Of a DNA stretch of 64,000 nucleotides, positions 40,949-50,726 are shown piece after piece. The position numbers were made by a program, and so were the translations under genes. The notes below the pieces were generated by a model. The model worked only from the letters and a program-made list of their open reading frames with translations, searched no databases and had not been told where the DNA came from. Each line of letters opens with the position of its first letter. The stretch's first letter is position 1. Source of the stretch: Bdellovibrionota bacterium (GTDB lineage Bacteria > Bdellovibrionota_G > JALEGL01 > DATDPG01); contig OY764265.1 of the NCBI GenBank assembly GCA_963668355.1, positions 1,024,001 through 1,088,000 on the forward strand, written 5' to 3'.

Positions 40949-41125
40949 GGGGTTCTCCAACAGAAATTATAAACGCCTCTGCCAACTCAGCCAATGAGGG
41001 ATGTGATCTAAAATGGGACATTGGACATGTATGACCCGCTTTCGAAAAAGAGTTTCTTTCCGCGCATTTCCTCTAAGTTTCTGACCTTATTCGATTTTTT
41101 ATCCACCCCTCTCGCATTTTAGAGA

Positions 41126-41140
41126 TGGCACACATCTTGT
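41126..41140 (+). promoter_or_regulatory. Possible sigma54 promoter
   Basis: TGGCACACATCTTGT (GG-N10-GT, non-canonical -12) upstream of the 41178 CDS. Confidence 0.45.
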
Positions 41141-41177
41141 GTGTTTCCAAACAAAACCATTTTTCATAGGGGGAAAA

Positions 41178-41609
41178 ATGAAATTGAAATGCACGAATCT
41201 GTTCTTGTTGTCGGGGTTTCTGTCTTTGTTTTTGGTCGGGCAGGCGATGGCTTGGCCACCAGGAAGCGTTCCACCCAATGCTTTCAACTACGGCAATGCA
41301 CATGAAACTCAACTCGCCACATTGAAGGATTTTGGATCACAGATTCTTCAATTGGCCGAAAAATACCAGATTTTTGTCTCTCCGGCAGGCCGCATGAAGT
41401 TGGCTCACGCCATTTTCAGAAAAAGCAAAGCCACCAAAAAGTACATTGAATTGAAACCATGGGAAGAAACCATCGTTGTCAAAATGCCCACGGATGATGA
41501 GGGAAACCTGAACTATGATTCAGAAGAAGAAATGGTTCGGGATGTTGTTGCGGAGGTTGAGTCAGACTCTGTCATGATTCTCGCTGAAGACAGTGCGGCG
41601 GATCGATAA
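41178..41609 (+). CDS. Exported hypothetical protein
   Basis: AGGGGG RBS, signal peptide ending AMA, 143 aa. Confidence 0.75.
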   Translation: MKLKCTNLFLLSGFLSLFLVGQAMAWPPGSVPPNAFNYGNAHETQLATLKDFGSQILQLAEKYQIFVSPAGRMKLAHAIFRKSKATKKYIELKPWEETIVVKMPTDDEGNLNYDSEEEMVRDVVAEVESDSVMILAEDSAADR

Positions 41610-41616
41610 TCCCGCC

Positions 41617-42948
41617 TCACCCTTCTGAACGAAGTTTCTGTCGAACGGCTTCCCAATAGCGAAGCCGTTCGGCTAATTTTTTTTCAATGCCCTCTTCAAC
41701 GGGGATGTAATACTTTCTGTTTTTTAATTCTTTCGGCATGCACTCCAATGAAGTGGTTTTTTCTTCTTTGTGATGGGAATATTCATATCCCTTCCCATAC
41801 TCCAACTCTTTCATGAGCTTTGTGGGCGCATTTCGTATCTCCAGTGGAACTGGATAAATTTTCCCCGCTTTCAAATCTTTTTCAACGCGACCATACGCTT
41901 GATACACGGAATTGGATTTGGGTGCGGCTGACAAATAAATGGCCAGTTGAGCCAGAGCTAATTTCCCCTCTGGCAATCCAATGAAATGAACCGTGTCTTT
42001 GACGGAAGTCGCTAACATTAAGGCATGAGGATCCGCGTTGCCCACATCTTCGCTGGCAAAACGGATCATTCTTCGAGCAATATAGAGAGGGTCCTCTCCA
42101 GACTCCAACATACGCGCCAACCAATACAAAGCGGCATCCGCATCTCCATTACGCATGCTTTTATGCAAGGCGGAGATGATGTTGAAATGCTCCTCGCCTC
42201 CCTTGTCATATAGAAGCATCACGCGTTGCGCGGCCTGATCGACATGCTTCTTCAACATTTCGTCGCCTTTTCGCACGAGATAAACGGAAGCTTCGAAAAG
42301 ATTCAGAGCCGCGCGGGCATCCCCAGGAGTTCGCGTGGCCAAATACTGAAGGACCTCTCTGGAAACAGAAATGTTCTTCCGAAGAATTTGTTCATCTTTT
42401 TCCAAAACACGTTCGAGCAACGCCACTTGATCTTCCTCCCGAAGAGGATCCAAGACGTAGACGCGTAAACGAGACAAAAGGGCGCCATTGATTTCGAAAG
42501 AGGGATTTTCCGTTGTGGCCCCAATCAACGTGATGTCTCCTTTTTCCACGAAAGGCAAAAACGCATCTTGCTGGGCCTTATTAAACCGATGAATTTCATC
42601 CACAAAGACGAGGGTTCGTGTGCCAAATTGAAGTTTCTTTCGTTCGGCATCTTTCATCACTTCTCGGACTTCCTTGATGCCACTCAAAACGGCTGAAAAT
42701 GGAACAAAGTGGGCTCCACTTTGGGAGGCCACAATTCGAGCGATGGTTGTTTTTCCGGTACCGGGTGGCCCCCACAAGACAAAGGATTGAATATCTCCAC
42801 TTTCCAAGGCTTTACGCAAAGGGGCATCCTTTCCGACCAGCTGGCTCTGACCCAAAACCTCATCCAAGGTCTGAGGACGAACGCGTTCGGCCAAAGGCGC
42901 TGCTTTGGAAGGTTTTTCTGGTGAAGCGGTTGTCTCAAATAAATCCAT
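41617..42948 (-). CDS. rarA: Replication-associated recombination protein A
   Basis: [48 protein letters not shown]. Confidence 0.95.
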   Translation of the reverse strand: MDLFETTASPEKPSKAAPLAERVRPQTLDEVLGQSQLVGKDAPLRKALESGDIQSFVLWGPPGTGKTTIARIVASQSGAHFVPFSAVLSGIKEVREVMKDAERKKLQFGTRTLVFVDEIHRFNKAQQDAFLPFVEKGDITLIGATTENPSFEINGALLSRLRVYVLDPLREEDQVALLERVLEKDEQILRKNISVSREVLQYLATRTPGDARAALNLFEASVYLVRKGDEMLKKHVDQAAQRVMLLYDKGGEEHFNIISALHKSMRNGDADAALYWLARMLESGEDPLYIARRMIRFASEDVGNADPHALMLATSVKDTVHFIGLPEGKLALAQLAIYLSAAPKSNSVYQAYGRVEKDLKAGKIYPVPLEIRNAPTKLMKELEYGKGYEYSHHKEEKTTSLECMPKELKNRKYYIPVEEGIEKKLAERLRYWEAVRQKLRSEG

Positions 42949-43064
42949 CCCACATCGCATATCTTAAGCGTCAAAGAGAGTCACGATGAAATGTTCGGAC
43001 GCAAACATCCATAGCGCGACATTCGTCGCGCACAAAAATCAGGCATGAGACATTTCTATATCGG

Positions 43065-43194
43065 GAAAGGAGGGGTAGCGCATGTTCCGGAGAAAACCGA
43101 TACCTCGGGGGAGGAAACCTCCCCCCCAAAACGCTACGCGTTTCGGCTCCCCCCCACACGGTTTTCCTCGAAACACACGCTACCCCTCCTTTTC
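43065..43194. repeat. ~130-bp nested palindromic (REP/MITE-like) element
   Basis: AAAGGAGGGGTAGCG...CGCTACCCCTCCTTT and GAAAACCG/CGGTTTTC, with inner hairpins GGGGGAGG-AAA-CCTCCCCC and AAACGC-TAC-GCGTTT. Confidence 0.7.
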
Positions 43195-43417
43195 AATCAA
43201 TCAAACTCCAAGCTTCTGCTTTAAAAAATTTGGAAACGAAGACCACACTTCCATATTTTGCATAGGCCTCTCTTTTAAAGAGGTCGGAAATGTTGAAAGG
43301 GTGGCGTTTTCGAAAAGGGTGCCGAGGACTATCGAGCCGCAGCGCACCCTTTTCGAAAACGTCAGGACCCTCCCACAAAATCTCTTCAGCCTTGTTAACA
43401 TCCAACACGAAACTCAT
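43193..43417 (-). CDS. Small hypothetical protein (74 aa)
   Basis: Fills an otherwise empty gap with protein-like composition; no clear RBS. Confidence 0.4.
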   Translation of the reverse strand: MSFVLDVNKAEEILWEGPDVFEKGALRLDSPRHPFRKRHPFNISDLFKREAYAKYGSVVFVSKFFKAEAWSLID

Positions 43418-43488
43418 GCGCGACGGATGTCGCGCTTCTTTTGTTTGAAATTTGTTTCAAGAATGCTCTTCGTCTAAGTTCATGGGGT

Positions 43489-43965
43489 ATGTCGAATCAA
43501 TCCAAAGCTCCTTCAGATTCTTATGTTGAAATGGTTCAACAGGTTTTGCCTGGTGATACAAATCCTCACGGAACCGTCTTTGGGGGAAAAGTCATGGAAT
43601 GGATTGATGTTGCGGGAGCTCTTTCAGCCATGAAACATGCACAGAATCCTGTTGTTTTAGCTTCCGCCGATCGAATTAATTTTTTAACTCCGGCTCAAAA
43701 CGGTGACATCGTTATTCTTCATGCTTCTGTCGGTTATACGGGACGATCTTCCATTGAGGTGGATGTTCAAGCCTATGCCGAAAACCCCATAACCAGCGAA
43801 CGTGTCTTAACCACAAACGCACGAATGACATATGTAACCGTGAACAAAAACGGCAAACCCATCCCCACCATTCCCTTGAACCCCGAAACCGAAGAAGAAA
43901 AACAACGCTTCGAAGAAGGAAAAAACCGACACCTTTCTTTCAAGGAAAGCTTTGACCGTGAGTGA
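43489..43965 (+). CDS. Acyl-CoA thioesterase (hotdog fold, YciA-like)
   Basis: VLPGDTNPHGTVFGGKVMEWID, VGYTGRSS. Confidence 0.92.
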   Translation: MSNQSKAPSDSYVEMVQQVLPGDTNPHGTVFGGKVMEWIDVAGALSAMKHAQNPVVLASADRINFLTPAQNGDIVILHASVGYTGRSSIEVDVQAYAENPITSERVLTTNARMTYVTVNKNGKPIPTIPLNPETEEEKQRFEEGKNRHLSFKESFDRE

Positions 43966-44093
43966 AAATGGTTCCAGGATTTTAAGCATATTGAAAAAAT
44001 TTCAGACTTTTTTTCTTTGGTCTAGAAAACCAAAAAAATCCTACCAAAACTTGTTTATTTTCGGAAACTTACACCCACATCAAACACGCTTAA

Positions 44094-44108
44094 TGGCACG
44101 CTATTTGC
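44094..44108 (+). promoter_or_regulatory. Sigma54 -24/-12 promoter
   Basis: TGGCACGCTATTTGC is a perfect TGGCACG-N4-TTGC match directly upstream of a CDS. Confidence 0.8.
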
Positions 44109-44166
44109 GTTCAAATTGGGTGGTGGGTTGTGGATTTAAACGATTTTTTTTCTTTTTTCATTCTTC

Positions 44167-45198
44167 TTGGCCTCTTGTGCAAATTCGACAATCTCAACCG
44201 GCCTTTTAGATCCAGATTCGCCCCTTGATCCCGAGCAAGCTTCAAATTCAAACGATGACGATGTTCAGAATTCAAGTTCGTCTATCGCTTTTTGTGGTGA
44301 TGGCATAATTGATCCGGGAGAATCTTGCGATTCAGATAATCTTCAAGAAACAACGTGTTCGTCTTTGGGGCTTGGCACGGGTGTGTTGACATGCACTTCG
44401 GCTTGTTCTTTTTACACGTCAAACTGTGAACTCAACCTTCCGGCCCAAATGATTCTTTTTGAAGGTTTTGAAGAAGGTGGCTGGGAAAATTCCTTTCGAA
44501 GCGGTACAGAAAATGTGGATCTTACCACTAACGCACCCCACAGTGGCCAGCATGCGCTTCGCGGAAACCTTATGCAAGATCGCGTTGATGAAATCAATGG
44601 CGTAATCGGTGAAGGAAATCCCCAACTCGAATTTGATGGCAACAATCTTTCTACCCAAACACCCAACGAGGTTTTCATTCGCCTTTGGATGCGCTTAGAC
44701 CACAGCACGTGGCTACCTCTCTTGGGAGGAAAAACGTTTTACATCACCGACGACCATTTCGGAACAGCGTCTTATTATTTTTCATCCGACATGGACAGCA
44801 ACGAAGGAAGTCTTTCCGATAATGGTGCGTGGTTTGATTGGTGCGTAGAAAACTGGGGATACCAAAAAGCCTATCTCATTAACGAAGAAAACGATCCCGT
44901 CGGACCAGATGGTCTGTGGCATAAGATTGAGGTGTATGCCAATTATGTCCATGATTACATCGTCTTCTGGGTTGATGGAAATCAGCTTGTGGGACATGGG
45001 TCTCGTTTGAACTTTTATCCGGATGGAAAAATTCCTTTGCATCCTGATTTTCACCTTCGAGGATTACAATTCCTCTATGTCCACGATCAAAACCTCGTTG
45101 ATTCAATTGACTTAACTGGATATGCGGGGGGTTATCAATTCGACGATATCGAAGTGTGGAACGGCCTTCCTCCTGGAATGACCGTTGTGACAAATTAA
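44167..45198 (+). CDS. Probable lipoprotein with a myxobacterial Cys-rich repeat and a jelly-roll/lyase-like domain; signal peptide disrupted
   Basis: LASC lipobox; CGDGIIDPGESCD...C...C...C...C repeat; FEGFEEG, EVFIRLW, WHKIEVY and FDDIEV strands. Confidence 0.75.
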   Translation: MASCANSTISTGLLDPDSPLDPEQASNSNDDDVQNSSSSIAFCGDGIIDPGESCDSDNLQETTCSSLGLGTGVLTCTSACSFYTSNCELNLPAQMILFEGFEEGGWENSFRSGTENVDLTTNAPHSGQHALRGNLMQDRVDEINGVIGEGNPQLEFDGNNLSTQTPNEVFIRLWMRLDHSTWLPLLGGKTFYITDDHFGTASYYFSSDMDSNEGSLSDNGAWFDWCVENWGYQKAYLINEENDPVGPDGLWHKIEVYANYVHDYIVFWVDGNQLVGHGSRLNFYPDGKIPLHPDFHLRGLQFLYVHDQNLVDSIDLTGYAGGYQFDDIEVWNGLPPGMTVVTN

Positions 45199-45234
45199 TT
45201 AAATCGATCTGTCTTCGCTTTTGCTACGCCGTGA

Positions 45235-45270
45235 TCGTTTTAATTGAGAATGTGTTCTCAATTAAAACGA
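45235..45270. terminator. Perfect 16-bp hairpin between convergent genes
   Basis: TCGTTTTAATTGAGAA-TGTG-TTCTCAATTAAAACGA. Confidence 0.65.
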
Positions 45271-45755
45271 AATCCGAAGCCTGTGATCCAGTCTAACGTC
45301 ACTTCCGTATTGGGACCGCCACCGGCAGGTGCGATATATAAATTCACATCCGTATTGAAATCAAAATCTTGACCCAGAGGCAAAGTCATTCCGGTTCCCA
45401 TGCGAAGTTCAAACGCATTTTTGCTGTCATACACGCCGTATCCCGCGCCGCCGATGACATAGAAGGCTGAAGGGCCAATGTAAAGATAGTCGTAGCGAAT
45501 ATTGGGGATGAGAGTGAACCGAAAATTGTCACTGATTCCCACGGCCGCCAAAAGATTGAATCCCAATGCGTAACCCAATTCATAATCAAATTCACCGGCT
45601 ATACGACCTTGCGTTTCCCAATTAGCGATATTAAAGCCAGGGCCCCCTTTGATTCGAAGAGAGTAGTCGCCCGGACCTGCCCAAGACAACTCCGTTGGCA
45701 GAACCAACAAGAAAAACACCCATGTAAATTGAACTAATCGATGCATCCGCTTCAT
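45258..45755 (-). CDS. Small outer-membrane beta-barrel protein
   Basis: Signal peptide ending SWA, amphipathic strands, C-terminal GFGFRFN. Confidence 0.8.
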   Translation of the reverse strand: MKRMHRLVQFTWVFFLLVLPTELSWAGPGDYSLRIKGGPGFNIANWETQGRIAGEFDYELGYALGFNLLAAVGISDNFRFTLIPNIRYDYLYIGPSAFYVIGGAGYGVYDSKNAFELRMGTGMTLPLGQDFDFNTDVNLYIAPAGGGPNTEVTLDWITGFGFRFN

Positions 45756-45818
45756 GATCAAACATGCAGCATAGTCGAGTGTTACCCGAATGCAAACTTG
45801 GGTGCGTACCAGAACGGT

Positions 45819-45980
45819 TTAGATATCGACGGTCCAAACACCGCGGGGCGTTTCTTCTTTTTCTTCGCCTCGCTTGGGATTGTGTTCAAAAGGAACCGGA
45901 AGAGGGAGTTCGAGCGGAAGCGGAATTTGAACATCCTGCTCCTTTTGTTTTTCTTTCCATTTTTTGTGTGGAATGAACAT
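45819..45980 (-). CDS. 53-aa microprotein (not in the ORF track)
   Basis: MFIPHKKWKEKQKEQDVQIPLPLELPLPVPFEHNPKRGEEKEETPRGVWTVDI*; AAGGAG RBS 8 nt upstream; sigma54 promoter upstream. Confidence 0.7.
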   Translation of the reverse strand: MFIPHKKWKEKQKEQDVQIPLPLELPLPVPFEHNPKRGEEKEETPRGVWTVDI

Positions 45981-46010
45981 GCCATGAGCTCCTTTTCACT
46001 TGCATAAATT

Positions 46011-46026
46011 TGCAACGAGCAGGCCA
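46011..46026 (-). promoter_or_regulatory. Sigma54 -24/-12 promoter
   Basis: Minus-strand TGGCCTGCTCGTTGCA (GG-N10-GC), with an IHF-like ATTCAAGTACTTG at 46050-46062. Confidence 0.7.
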
Positions 46027-46299
46027 AGTTTTCAAAAAAAGAAGCCTGCCAAGTACTTGAATTAATTTGAGGTTTTCACTCCTTCGCCACTCCTTAGACC
46101 TTGCCTCCAAAGGCAGTGACAACTTTTGGCACACCCCTGGCGGATTTGCGGCCGATAGTCACCATAAGTCATTGTTTTTTTTAAAGAATGTGATGACGCG
46201 CTGAGACAGCCTTAAAGTTGCACCCCCGGAACTAGAGTCCCGCCAAAAAGCTTTATCTAAGCCATCTTCCGACCTGCCTCTTTCGAGGCGAACTCCGAT

Positions 46300-47541
46300 T
46301 TAGGGAAGCATTCGGGCCGACACGCTGGCTGAAAAATCCCCCATGCGAATGGGTTCAATATATCCCCAATCTTCCAGCAAATTGACGGGGTACGTGACTT
46401 CCACGACGGCCTCCCTCTCTAGCAACGATCTTGTTCGAAGATGGACGTCAAGTCCGGGAACTTCTTTCTGCATCAGGGGAAATAGAAACGTCCGCGATTC
46501 CAGCGTCATATCTAAAGAGGTGGAGCCCAAAACAACCCGATCCTCCGCCTCCCCGAACTCGGACAGGGAACAAGAAACCGATGAATAAAATCGAGGATTG
46601 GGAAAGTGCATGTCTTTCACGTGCACACGGTACAGATCGACCTTTTCATTGTTCTGAACAAACGCTTCCAAAGGTACGACGCGAAAGAGAAGATTTCCGA
46701 AATGCTCTCCTTCCATCACACGTACCGAATCATCCGTTTGGTTGAAAAGCGATTCATTGCATCCATAATCACAGCCGTCTTTCCCTCGAAACCAACCTTT
46801 ATGGGTCCCCAGAACTTGTTTTCCTTGGACATCAAGATAGGAAAATTCAAAATCGACTCTTTGTTCATTTTGGAAATTCATTTCTTCGTCTGCCAACAGA
46901 ATGCTTTGATTGAGAATCACCGGTTCACCATTTCGAGAAAGCCTCCAGTGAAAAGGAAAGTGGGTAATGGTTTTTATTTCCCAAGGATCGCCAATTTGAA
47001 TTTCCAATGAAAGCTCGGGGTCCTGATCGACTCCCATCTTGCGAATTAAATGAAGGGAATAGGGCTCCAGTCGAATGATCTCTTCTTGAACTTCGACATT
47101 CACTCGAAGCACTCCAATGTAGCCATCTCGGTCTTCGAGTGTGACATCCGTTTTTCCGTTTCGCACCTCCACGTAGGAACAAGAAAAACCGGTTTCCGAA
47201 GACCAAAACCCTTTATCCAAAACCTTAAAACAAACCGGAAGACCCATCTTTGTCGCTTGTTTTCGAGCAAAAAAAACCGGAGGAGCCGCAAAAGAGACTT
47301 CTTGAGCTGAAGTCAGTTTGTTGGGAATTTCGATTTTCACACCTTCGAATCCAGGAAAGAGAACGGGTCGACTTCGCCTCCCCCACACATATGCAGAGAG
47401 ATCAAACACTTCTCCCTCCTGCATGACGTCTTGATTTAGAGATGCCTGTTCAAGTGTAAGCACATATTCCCCCGAAGGGTTGGCCAAAGCGAACGAAGGT
47501 ACCAAGACGAGAAGCAATAGAGAAAGTCGTACAAACCGCAT
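46300..47541 (-). CDS. Exported hypothetical protein (beta-rich)
   Basis: AAGGAG RBS, signal peptide ending ALA, 413 aa; TTGACA-N17-TAAGTG upstream at 47605-47577. Confidence 0.8.
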   Translation of the reverse strand: MRFVRLSLLLLVLVPSFALANPSGEYVLTLEQASLNQDVMQEGEVFDLSAYVWGRRSRPVLFPGFEGVKIEIPNKLTSAQEVSFAAPPVFFARKQATKMGLPVCFKVLDKGFWSSETGFSCSYVEVRNGKTDVTLEDRDGYIGVLRVNVEVQEEIIRLEPYSLHLIRKMGVDQDPELSLEIQIGDPWEIKTITHFPFHWRLSRNGEPVILNQSILLADEEMNFQNEQRVDFEFSYLDVQGKQVLGTHKGWFRGKDGCDYGCNESLFNQTDDSVRVMEGEHFGNLLFRVVPLEAFVQNNEKVDLYRVHVKDMHFPNPRFYSSVSCSLSEFGEAEDRVVLGSTSLDMTLESRTFLFPLMQKEVPGLDVHLRTRSLLEREAVVEVTYPVNLLEDWGYIEPIRMGDFSASVSARMLP

Positions 47542-47620
47542 GCGAAAACTCCTTTTTTCAACAAGATTCGTGGGCTCACTTAGCGCGCTGCGCCAAGGCT
47601 GTCAATTATGAAAAAGCCCT

Positions 47621-49156
47621 TCAGGAGGCCAATCTGGGAAACAATGGACTGGGTTTTTGTGTGGAAAAACGATCCATCTCGCCGGGCTGGGGCATGGAAT
47701 CGAAGGTAATCTCACGTTCCTTAAGGCCAAGCCCCAAAATCGACCCCACTTCGGCCATTTTTTCTGGCATCACGGGGGCCAAACACAAGCTCACCCACCG
47801 AAGTCTTTCCAAAAGAACAAAAAACAAATCTCGAAGATCCTTTTCTTGATCGGGATCTTTCGCCATCGTCCAGGGTTGTTTTTGATCAATGAGGAGGTTG
47901 GCGTCGGAGACCAACACCCAAGCCGCTTCCAAGGCTTCATGAATGCGATAACCGCTCATTTTCTCGTGATAGGTCACAATTGCGTTCTGGATTTTTTGGA
48001 TTTCATCTCCCATCCCAAAGTCCTTGGGTTTTTCTAAGGTTTCCCCCAAGTACTTTCGAACCATGGTGACCGTTCGACTCAAGAGGTTACCCAAATCATT
48101 GGCCAAGTCTGCATTGTAACGAAGCACCAAGCGCTCCTCGGTAAAATCACCATCTCTGTCCCAAGGAACTTCGCGCATGAGATGATAACGAAGGGCGTCG
48201 GCGCCGTGGTTCTCTGCAAGCGCTTTTGGATCCGCCACATTGCCACGACTTTTGGACATTTTCTCACCCTTGATGGAAACAAACCCATGCGCCCAAACGT
48301 GTTTGGGAAGGGGAATGTCTGCCGCCATCAACATTGCGGGCCAAATCACACAATGAAACCGCGTGATGTCTTTCCCAATGACATGCAAGGAAGCCGGCCA
48401 GTATTTTTCATACATCTCCCCGCCCATTTTCCCCAAGGCGGAGATATAGTTAATGAGCGCATCAAACCACACATACACCACCGCATCTTCATCAAACGGA
48501 AGTTGCACGCCCCAATCTTTGTTAGCGCGGGAGATCGAAACATCTTCCAAACCTTTTTCCAAGAGTCCGAGAATTTCATTCTTCCGCGTCTTGGGTTGAA
48601 GGAATTCCGGATTTTCTTGGTAGAACGCTTTTAATTTCTCGGTGAAGGAAGACAGTCGAAAAAAATAATTTTTTTCTTCGATCCATTCGGGTTTGGTTTT
48701 GTGGTTGGGACAAAGTCCATCCACCAAATCTTTCTCTTGGTAAAAGGCTTCGCACGAAACGCAGTAATGCCCTTCGTAGGCCGCTTGATAAATCAGCGGC
48801 TGGCCTTTGTCGTCTTTGGCCTCCCACACTCGCTGGGCAATCTCTTTGACCATGGCATGATGATCGGGTGACGTGGTTTGAATGAAAAAATCGTTTGAAA
48901 TGTGTAGATCGCTCCATGTCGACTGAAACTCTTGAGCCATTTGATCACAGTAGGCTTTTGGATCGAGCTTCAACTCTTCCGCTTTCTTCCGAACATTTTG
49001 CGAATGTTCATCATTGCCCATCACAAACCGAACATCGTCTCCACAAAGTCTTCGGTATCGGGCGATCACATCGGCCCCAATTTTTTCATACGCCGTACCC
49101 AAATGGGGTTTCGAGTTCGCGTAATCAATAGCCGTGGTGATGTAAAACGTCTTCAC
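47621..49156 (-). CDS. metG: Methionine--tRNA ligase (short form)
   Basis: YITTAIDY..PHLG, GNDEH, YVWFDAL, GKDI, KMSKS. Confidence 0.96.
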   Translation of the reverse strand: MKTFYITTAIDYANSKPHLGTAYEKIGADVIARYRRLCGDDVRFVMGNDEHSQNVRKKAEELKLDPKAYCDQMAQEFQSTWSDLHISNDFFIQTTSPDHHAMVKEIAQRVWEAKDDKGQPLIYQAAYEGHYCVSCEAFYQEKDLVDGLCPNHKTKPEWIEEKNYFFRLSSFTEKLKAFYQENPEFLQPKTRKNEILGLLEKGLEDVSISRANKDWGVQLPFDEDAVVYVWFDALINYISALGKMGGEMYEKYWPASLHVIGKDITRFHCVIWPAMLMAADIPLPKHVWAHGFVSIKGEKMSKSRGNVADPKALAENHGADALRYHLMREVPWDRDGDFTEERLVLRYNADLANDLGNLLSRTVTMVRKYLGETLEKPKDFGMGDEIQKIQNAIVTYHEKMSGYRIHEALEAAWVLVSDANLLIDQKQPWTMAKDPDQEKDLRDLFFVLLERLRWVSLCLAPVMPEKMAEVGSILGLGLKEREITFDSMPQPGEMDRFSTQKPSPLFPRLAS

Positions 49157-49905
49157 TGCGCGGGCGCTCCCATATTCTTCATCATGTCTTTCATATGCTT
49201 TTGCATCTCTTCCATTTGTTCGGGGCTGGGCATCGTAAAAGGTTTGTCTTGGGCATATCCTTTGGGCACTTCAAAGAGAGAGCTGGCCAAACTTGTGCGA
49301 CGCAGTTCTTTCACACGCATCGTCATATGCGTCACCTTTCCCTCTTTTCCCCTCACTTGATATTCCAAGGGGAACCCATTCAAGCCTTTCGGAATGGCGG
49401 CCGTATCTTCTGCCCGACGCGGATAAACCTCTTCCAAGTCTTTCAAAACATTTTTCAGTGTCGCACTGGTACACGCTTCCTCATGACGATCCGCCAAATC
49501 TCTCACCATGACCTGACACGAGTAACCCGCAATATTTCGACTCTTTCCTGTGGCCTTGAAGGGTTTCCCGGAACTCATGGCTTCTCGTTTTTTGGAAGAC
49601 GCTTTGGCCAATTCTTCCGAGGAAACGTTCATATACGCTTTTCGGGAAGGAAATAAGAGAAAGGCCCTCTTGGGTTTGGAGGTTGCAATAACAATGGTTT
49701 TGCCCATGGGGTTTCCCGGAACGTCCGTTTCGAATCGAACATGGTCTTTCTTGATGTAATACTTTCCCTCCATCTGAACCACCTCTTCCGAGGCCACCCG
49801 AGGCGAAACGCTCACGTCATAGAGAACAGTCACCCCATCCGTAGCGGCAAAGGCCTGCGTGGAAAGAAAAAAGACCCAAAGCGACATCATGTATTTAGTC
49901 ATCAT
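49153..49905 (-). CDS. Exported DUF4412-like protein
   Basis: Signal peptide, TGKSRNIAGYSC, GFPL, LFEVPKGY. Confidence 0.8.
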   Translation of the reverse strand: MMTKYMMSLWVFFLSTQAFAATDGVTVLYDVSVSPRVASEEVVQMEGKYYIKKDHVRFETDVPGNPMGKTIVIATSKPKRAFLLFPSRKAYMNVSSEELAKASSKKREAMSSGKPFKATGKSRNIAGYSCQVMVRDLADRHEEACTSATLKNVLKDLEEVYPRRAEDTAAIPKGLNGFPLEYQVRGKEGKVTHMTMRVKELRRTSLASSLFEVPKGYAQDKPFTMPSPEQMEEMQKHMKDMMKNMGAPAQ

Positions 49906-50120
49906 GCGTACCTTTTATACGCCGCGTCCTCATGAATCCAGAGCTTTTCTCTTTATACTTAAGGCCTTGCAGGCAATGACGCGCCAAGTGTCGAAGCTCA
50001 AACATGCCAAGATTTCTTCGTTCCTTCGGCGCTGGACAACAAATGGGGCAGTTTTTGACTTGACGTGAGCGCGACATATGATACTCAACGCAATGCGCCA
50101 AACGCTTACAAGGAGCTGCG

Positions 50121-50726
50121 ATGTTCAAAAAGCACCATACGAGACTCTGTTCCTTAGGATTCCTCACGGGAGTTCTCTTCGTTGGAACAACCCTTGCCCA
50201 ACCCATGACACGAGATTCTCACCCTCAAGGAAAGGTGATGGATTCAAGAGCCGGTTCTTTGAATCTTCAGTGTGAAATCCTCGAAGACGGAGAAGAAACA
50301 GGAATGGTGTTCCAAATGTCCTATGAGTCCGAAAATGAATTCAACACAATGACCTTTTCGGCGTTGCAAGGAAATGACTTTCCGCTCATTCCTGAGTTTG
50401 AATTTGGCCCCGAAGGAACCGTGAGAGCCGACGGAGTCATTTCCGTCTATGCTTCAAACGATCGTGTTTCTCGCTTATTTCTGGCGAGAAATGAAGAAGG
50501 AACAAACCTGACCACGGGCGACCCTGAGCTCTTGCTGGTCCGTTTATTCTTTTTTGATGTCCCAAATGACCACGGTGAGATCCTTCTGTGTGAGGATGGA
50601 CTTGAGTTTAAACCGAATGGTCGGGGAGGAATGACGCCTCTATGCGATGGAGAACCTTCTCCGGTGATCTTTTTGAACTGTCAAACCCAAGGAGAAAATC
50701 GTGCACCATATAGCGCCGCCCGCTAA
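50121..50726 (+). CDS. Exported hypothetical protein
   Basis: AGGAG RBS, signal peptide ending TLA, four Cys in the mature part. Confidence 0.8.
   Translation: MFKKHHTRLCSLGFLTGVLFVGTTLAQPMTRDSHPQGKVMDSRAGSLNLQCEILEDGEETGMVFQMSYESENEFNTMTFSALQGNDFPLIPEFEFGPEGTVRADGVISVYASNDRVSRLFLARNEEGTNLTTGDPELLLVRLFFFDVPNDHGEILLCEDGLEFKPNGRGGMTPLCDGEPSPVIFLNCQTQGENRAPYSAAR

Noticed and set aside
45782..46027. 81-aa ORF MACSLQ.../MACSFH...
   Set aside because: Its ATG is only 3 nt from the RBS; the alternative 53-aa frame has better spacing and more protein-like composition.
49973..49987. Sigma54-like TGGCGCGTCATTGC on the minus strand
   Set aside because: GG-to-GC spacing is 9 nt, not the required 10.
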